A stretch of DNA of 64,000 bases, taken from contig NC_068994.1 of the NCBI RefSeq assembly GCF_001194135.2, positions 22,727,887-22,791,886 on the forward strand. The letters run 5' to 3'. Made by a program: the position numbers and the translations under genes. The notes beneath the pieces were generated by a model that was not told the origin of the DNA, searched no databases, and saw nothing but the letters and a program-made list of their open reading frames with translations. This DNA is from Octopus bimaculoides. Its lineage: Eukaryota. This document shows positions 59,590 to 64,000 of this stretch, piece by piece. How positions within the stretch are numbered: the stretch's first letter is position 1; the number at the start of each line of letters is the position of its first letter.

Positions 59590-60040
59590 ATACAATTAGT
59601 AGTACTCTGAATTGTTAACTAACTTGAGGTAGCATAGTATGGGCTTTGCATAGTATTTGTATGCATGGTAGATAAGGTTGTGTTTGGATGACCTAATAGG
59701 TGTAGAGATGATGATGGTTTGGTAGAAATGGGATGTGGAGGTGAGAAAGAGATCAAGAGTGTATCTGTGTTGGTCAGGAACATGAGTAAAAGATGACATT
59801 AGTTGATATAAAAAGTTGAAGATTGTGAAAGATTCAGTTTCTGCACTGGTGACATTTGTGTAGGTTGATTGTGAGATCCAAATGTAAACATTGAAGTCAC
59901 TAGTGGAAGGTGAAGTGTGATGATGTCCTTTATACAAGAAAATATGTGGTTGAAAAGTTGTAGGTGGTCAGGGGAGTTCATAGAACTGTAAGGGAGTTGG
60001 ATAGGGAAATTTTGAGTCTGAGTACATGGCAGTTTTTTTT
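59590..60040 (-). mobile_element. CR1/Jockey-group LINE endonuclease remnant
   Basis: SDFNV..HVPDQHRYTLDLFLTS..PIRSSKHNLI (AP-endonuclease GDFN / LDL / SDH motifs). Confidence 0.75.
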
Positions 60041-60471
60041 TTTTAGTTTTTTTTTTATGTTGAAATCTAAATGAAAGGGGGAAATGATGAAGAGAGTGGA
60101 ATATATATATTCTCAGACACCATCTTTTGGGTGAAATTTGAATACAGAGTGTACTGAATAGCAGAGATGAACTATGGATAATGGTTGAGAGGATTTGTGT
60201 CTTTGAGAGCAGTAGAATGCATATTAGTAAGAGTTTAGACTGGATTAAAGTCCATAAATGTTTATGAAGCATAGGGATAATTGTTTAGCAGGTTTAGATT
60301 TAGTTTTAGTATCTAATGAAACAGAAGATCATGATGGCATTGGTGCTAGTGACAACAACAATATTGATGATGATGAAATATTAGGTTTGGTACACTATGA
60401 CAGATATTTAAATGTTAAAATTTAAATCTTATGAGCAACATATCCATATATTCTACTAAATTGTATGCTTT

Positions 60472-61026
60472 ATTTAGAACAAGGGTGGGGAAACTTTTTA
60501 GTGTGGTGGTCAAAAATTTCCAAAAATGAAAAAAGGGTCCATGGGCAGATCACAAGTTCTAACTCTTATATCTGTATAAATCTTGTATATATCTATATAT
60601 AATTCGATATGCATTAATAAAGATAAGCTTAATACATTAAATTAACACATAACATCTTCATTAATGCCACCACTAAATTTAGGACATTTATATTATTCAT
60701 GAGGTATTCTATATTTTTCAGCTAGAGTGTAGTTGGGTCTCAGTGGGGTGGTACAAACCTAGCAATATGTATTTTGTAGTGAAAACAAAATTTCCATTGA
60801 AATGGCAATTGCTGGATGATTTTCTGTTTGAGTCTAACCATTTTAAGCTGTAGTAGAAATGCGACCTGTGTCACAAAGAGGCATATGAGTATTGTATAAA
60901 TTTTATAATTGAAAAATTGACTATATTTTGCATTTATGAGTTTACCAGCCTGTAGGCACAATAAAATGGGCTCGCAGGCGCAATTGCACTCACGAGTGGG
61001 GGTTTTCCCCCACCCTTGATTTAGAA
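60472..61026. mobile_element. hAT-superfamily MITE (539 bp, 60480-61018) with perfect 8-bp TSD
   Basis: ATTTAGAA|CAAGGGTGGGGAAAC ... GTTTTCCCCCACCCTTG|ATTTAGAA. Confidence 0.9.
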
Positions 61027-61489
61027 GGTCAATTATTGCTCTATTCATTTAAATTTTATATGTAAAAGATGTTAAAAACTTACACATACACACTCACATG
61101 CACAAATCAAAGGCTTTCCTCTCAATAATATCATAATTCTGTGAGTAGAAGAGGGGGAGATGAAAGGCTATAGAACAGATGCATCAGATAGAATAGATAG
61201 AGGAAGAGGGGTGAAGATATGGAAAAGGCAATAGTCAGTGGAGAGGGAGGATGCATGCACTATACAATAGACCAGCAGGTTGCAAATACTATCCTCTTAT
61301 CTTAATGAGTATTTGCCAAGTTTGTGCAGTAAACAGGGTCTTCTGCAACTACATATTGCCAGTTAGTATAATCCTTTGTCTTTCTACATAATATAGTCCT
61401 TTGTCTAACTATATATCACTAGTTAGTGTAGTCTTAACATCTTAAGATCATTTCTTACCAACTCATCCCAAGTCTTTCTTGGTCTTCTT

Positions 61490-61960
61490 CATTTACAAGT
61501 ACCATTTATTGTGAATGCTTGTCACTTGCTTATGCAGCTGTCATCCACCATCAGTATCATATGCCCATACCATTGCAGTCTCCTCTCTTGCATGCTAAAT
61601 CTGATTCCCCTTATACCCAATTTATTTCTCAGTTCATACTTTGTCGCTCATGTACACTTGCAAGGCACATCCAGCAAAGCAAGCTCTTCTTATTTCTTTC
61701 TAGCCTTCATTTCCCTTCGGCAATGAAGGATCATATCATGCTGCCATGCAACAGCACACTTCACATACAAGTTTCATATAATCTTTCCATGACCTTGAGG
61801 GAAAAATCCTTTGTTGCCAGCAGAGGTAACAGCTTCCTGAACATTGCCCAACCTGTTCTTATTCTGGTTACCACACGTTTGGAACACCCCCTTCATTGCT
61901 AATTTGGTCGCTTAAGTAAAAGTTATCTTCTACTTTTTGGGAGCTATCTGAGTATTTCAG
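61490..61960 (-). mobile_element. RTE LINE post-RT remnant
   Basis: Aligns by eye with 56417-56650 and 29900-30250. Confidence 0.8.
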
Positions 61961-62029
61961 AAAATCATTTCATGAATGTAATAAGCACTAAGATGATGCT
62001 TATAACCCCAATGTACCTGTTGCACTACC

Positions 62030-62600
62030 CATAATCTGACCATATAGTAAAAGAATCACTTTCAAGAAAATTGTCAATTTTAAAAGCTTTGTAATAAGAG
62101 ATATAAATCTGAACGGTGAAGGTAGTCGAGAATATGCTTCTGCTGTTGAAAATGATCAGCTGAAGATTTAGAAGAAAATCTACAACAAACTGTTTGAATG
62201 GTGGGAGGTGACATTTTAATAATTTTAAATCATCCAAAGCAAGTCAATGAAAAAGAGAGAAGTTTGACAAAAGGCTTCCACATAAATTCAATGAAAACCA
62301 AAGAATTGTCATTTTGAAGTGTATTCTTTACTGCTTTTGCATAACAAAAATGATCCATTTCTTGACCTGACTGTGACCTCTGAAGAAAGCTGGTTAATTT
62401 CTGACTATCAGAAATAATCTGTCCTTGTTAAATTGTGAGGTTTCAAGAAAATTCTTAAAGTATCTTAATCTGATCATGGTCCTTGTAAAAACTGTGTGGA
62501 ACTGGTATGATCTTTTCACCAGAAGAATATTACACCAGAGATTTACTTCCAAATATTGAAGAGGGTGGCTCATAAAATAGCATGATATTAATTAAACCAA
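62030..62600 (+). mobile_element. Old mariner transposase remnant
   Basis: HNKNDPFLDLTVTSEESW resembles the mariner first-Asp motif (N..FLD.IVT.DE.W). Confidence 0.6.
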
Positions 62601-63042
62601 TAATTAAGTTAATGAAAAAGCGAATCATTTTTTTTTTTTTTTTTTTCTCCCATTACACTTCTACCCATATTTTGCATGAAGGATATTACAGAAACTTAGC
62701 AGTTGAGGTTATGAAATTTGCTTTTATCGTTGTTCTGCCAAAGAATTGTCACCTACTGATTATTGTCTTAAAAAATCAACACATTTTAAAAGTAACAAAA
62801 TGCCTTCAAAGATTTTTTAAAGTTTGAGATCTCTGAGTTATTTTTTTTTATGTAGTTAATAATTTTTCTTGTTCGCAAATTTTTTTATTGGTCATGTTGC
62901 TTATGTATCAATTTATTAATTCAAATTTTCAAATGAGTCATTAATTTCTGTAAAGACTTGTAATTTGAATGTTATTTTTATGTTATTTTTATGTGTATAA
63001 GATCTTTTTCTAACAGTTAATTTTTTTTGTTTTTTAATTTAG

Positions 63043-63914
63043 GTGAGAGACCTTTCAAGTGTGCTCTGTGTCCCAAAGCATTTTCTCAGCAAGGCAATAT
63101 GAAAATCCATATGCGAACCCATTCTGGTATAAAACCATACAAATGTGATACTTGTGGAAAGTGTTTTTCCCAAAAGAATAATTTGCGCAATCATATTCGC
63201 ACCCACACTGGGGAAAAGCCACATAGGTGTGCAGTTTGTCAGAAATCCTTTGCTCAGGTGACGAATCTCAACAATCATGAACGGACACACACTCTAGAGG
63301 AGTTACAGAGGGTTTTCATCCAGCAACCTCCTGCTCACGCTCAGCCCATGAACTCACATCAGAACTTGTCTATGACGTCTTCTATTCCATCATCACCATC
63401 ATCTTCTTCATCATCATCTCCTGTTGCAGCGGTTAGCAATGCAGTAACAGGTTGTATGTCATTACCTTCATCATCTTCTGGAATCTCCTCTTCAGTGCCA
63501 ACTACTGTCCGGCCACAGGTGTTGAAAATCCCCACCACGTGGATGATGTCCATGGCAAACTCTACACCATCATCTTCTTTGTCTTTATCATCAGTTTCCT
63601 CAGCCATATCACCATCTTTGACAAATGTCTCATCATATGCACATCACCCACCACATACACATAGCCATCCTTACCAAACATCAACAAGTGCACATTTGCC
63701 TCCTTTGCCAACCATTCCCATGCCACCCAGCTGGCAAAATGGTTATGCTACGTGTTCACCTACAATGATCCCAAATCCGTCTTCAAGGTGGGGCTCTTCT
63801 GTAATGATGGCCAATCAGTCGGCATTTCCAGGAATGTTACTTCTTGATGATGTTAGAACTGATATTCAAGACTCCCCTGAAAATTTAACACAAAGATGGC
63901 AAGTTAATTCATAG
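63043..63914 (+). CDS. C2H2 zinc-finger gene 2, last coding exon (ZF4-ZF6 + Ser/Pro-rich tail)
   Basis: Polypyrimidine tract and TTTAG|GT acceptor at 63042/63043. Joining to 52040 gives ACA G|GT GAG AGA CCT = TGERP in frame. Total CDS 1542 nt = 513 aa. Confidence 0.93.
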
Positions 63915-64000
63915 TGTTAAAGCAAAGAATATACAAATATGTACATATGTATGAATGTACACACATATATTTTAATTTATATATATATATATATATATAT

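Noticed and set aside
59515-59590. Possible hammerhead TCGGAGGA...GAAACTCAAATA
   Set aside because: Core is mutated and there is no stem I pairing; at most a heavily decayed remnant.

Overview
AT-rich, microsatellite-dense eukaryotic genomic DNA with six N gaps. The SINE/LINE repertoire and C2H2 genes point to a coleoid cephalopod, most likely Octopus (inference). There are two plus-strand, head-to-tail paralogous six-finger C2H2 zinc-finger genes. Gene 1 has an uninterrupted CDS at 11543-13615 with a 17 x 21-bp (S/P)DSRxSM heptad array and four VEELxxL motifs. Gene 2 is spliced, 51371-52040 + 63043-63914 (513 aa), with a phase-1 intron inside a TGERP linker. Both share an atypical first finger (HE...RKHF-x-C) and near-uniform base-contacting residues. 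The rest is mostly transposon-derived: RTE, Tx1/L1 and CR1/Jockey-group LINE fragments, tRNA-derived SINEs, mariner, hAT and piggyBac-type MITEs, Helitron-like ends, and several Penelope-like element remnants. The Penelope remnants are associated with about seven minimal type-I hammerhead ribozyme motifs (three essentially complete), each family with its own palindromic helix III. One ribozyme lies next to a set of three interlocking inverted repeats. All calls were made by eye; repeat boundaries are approximate.
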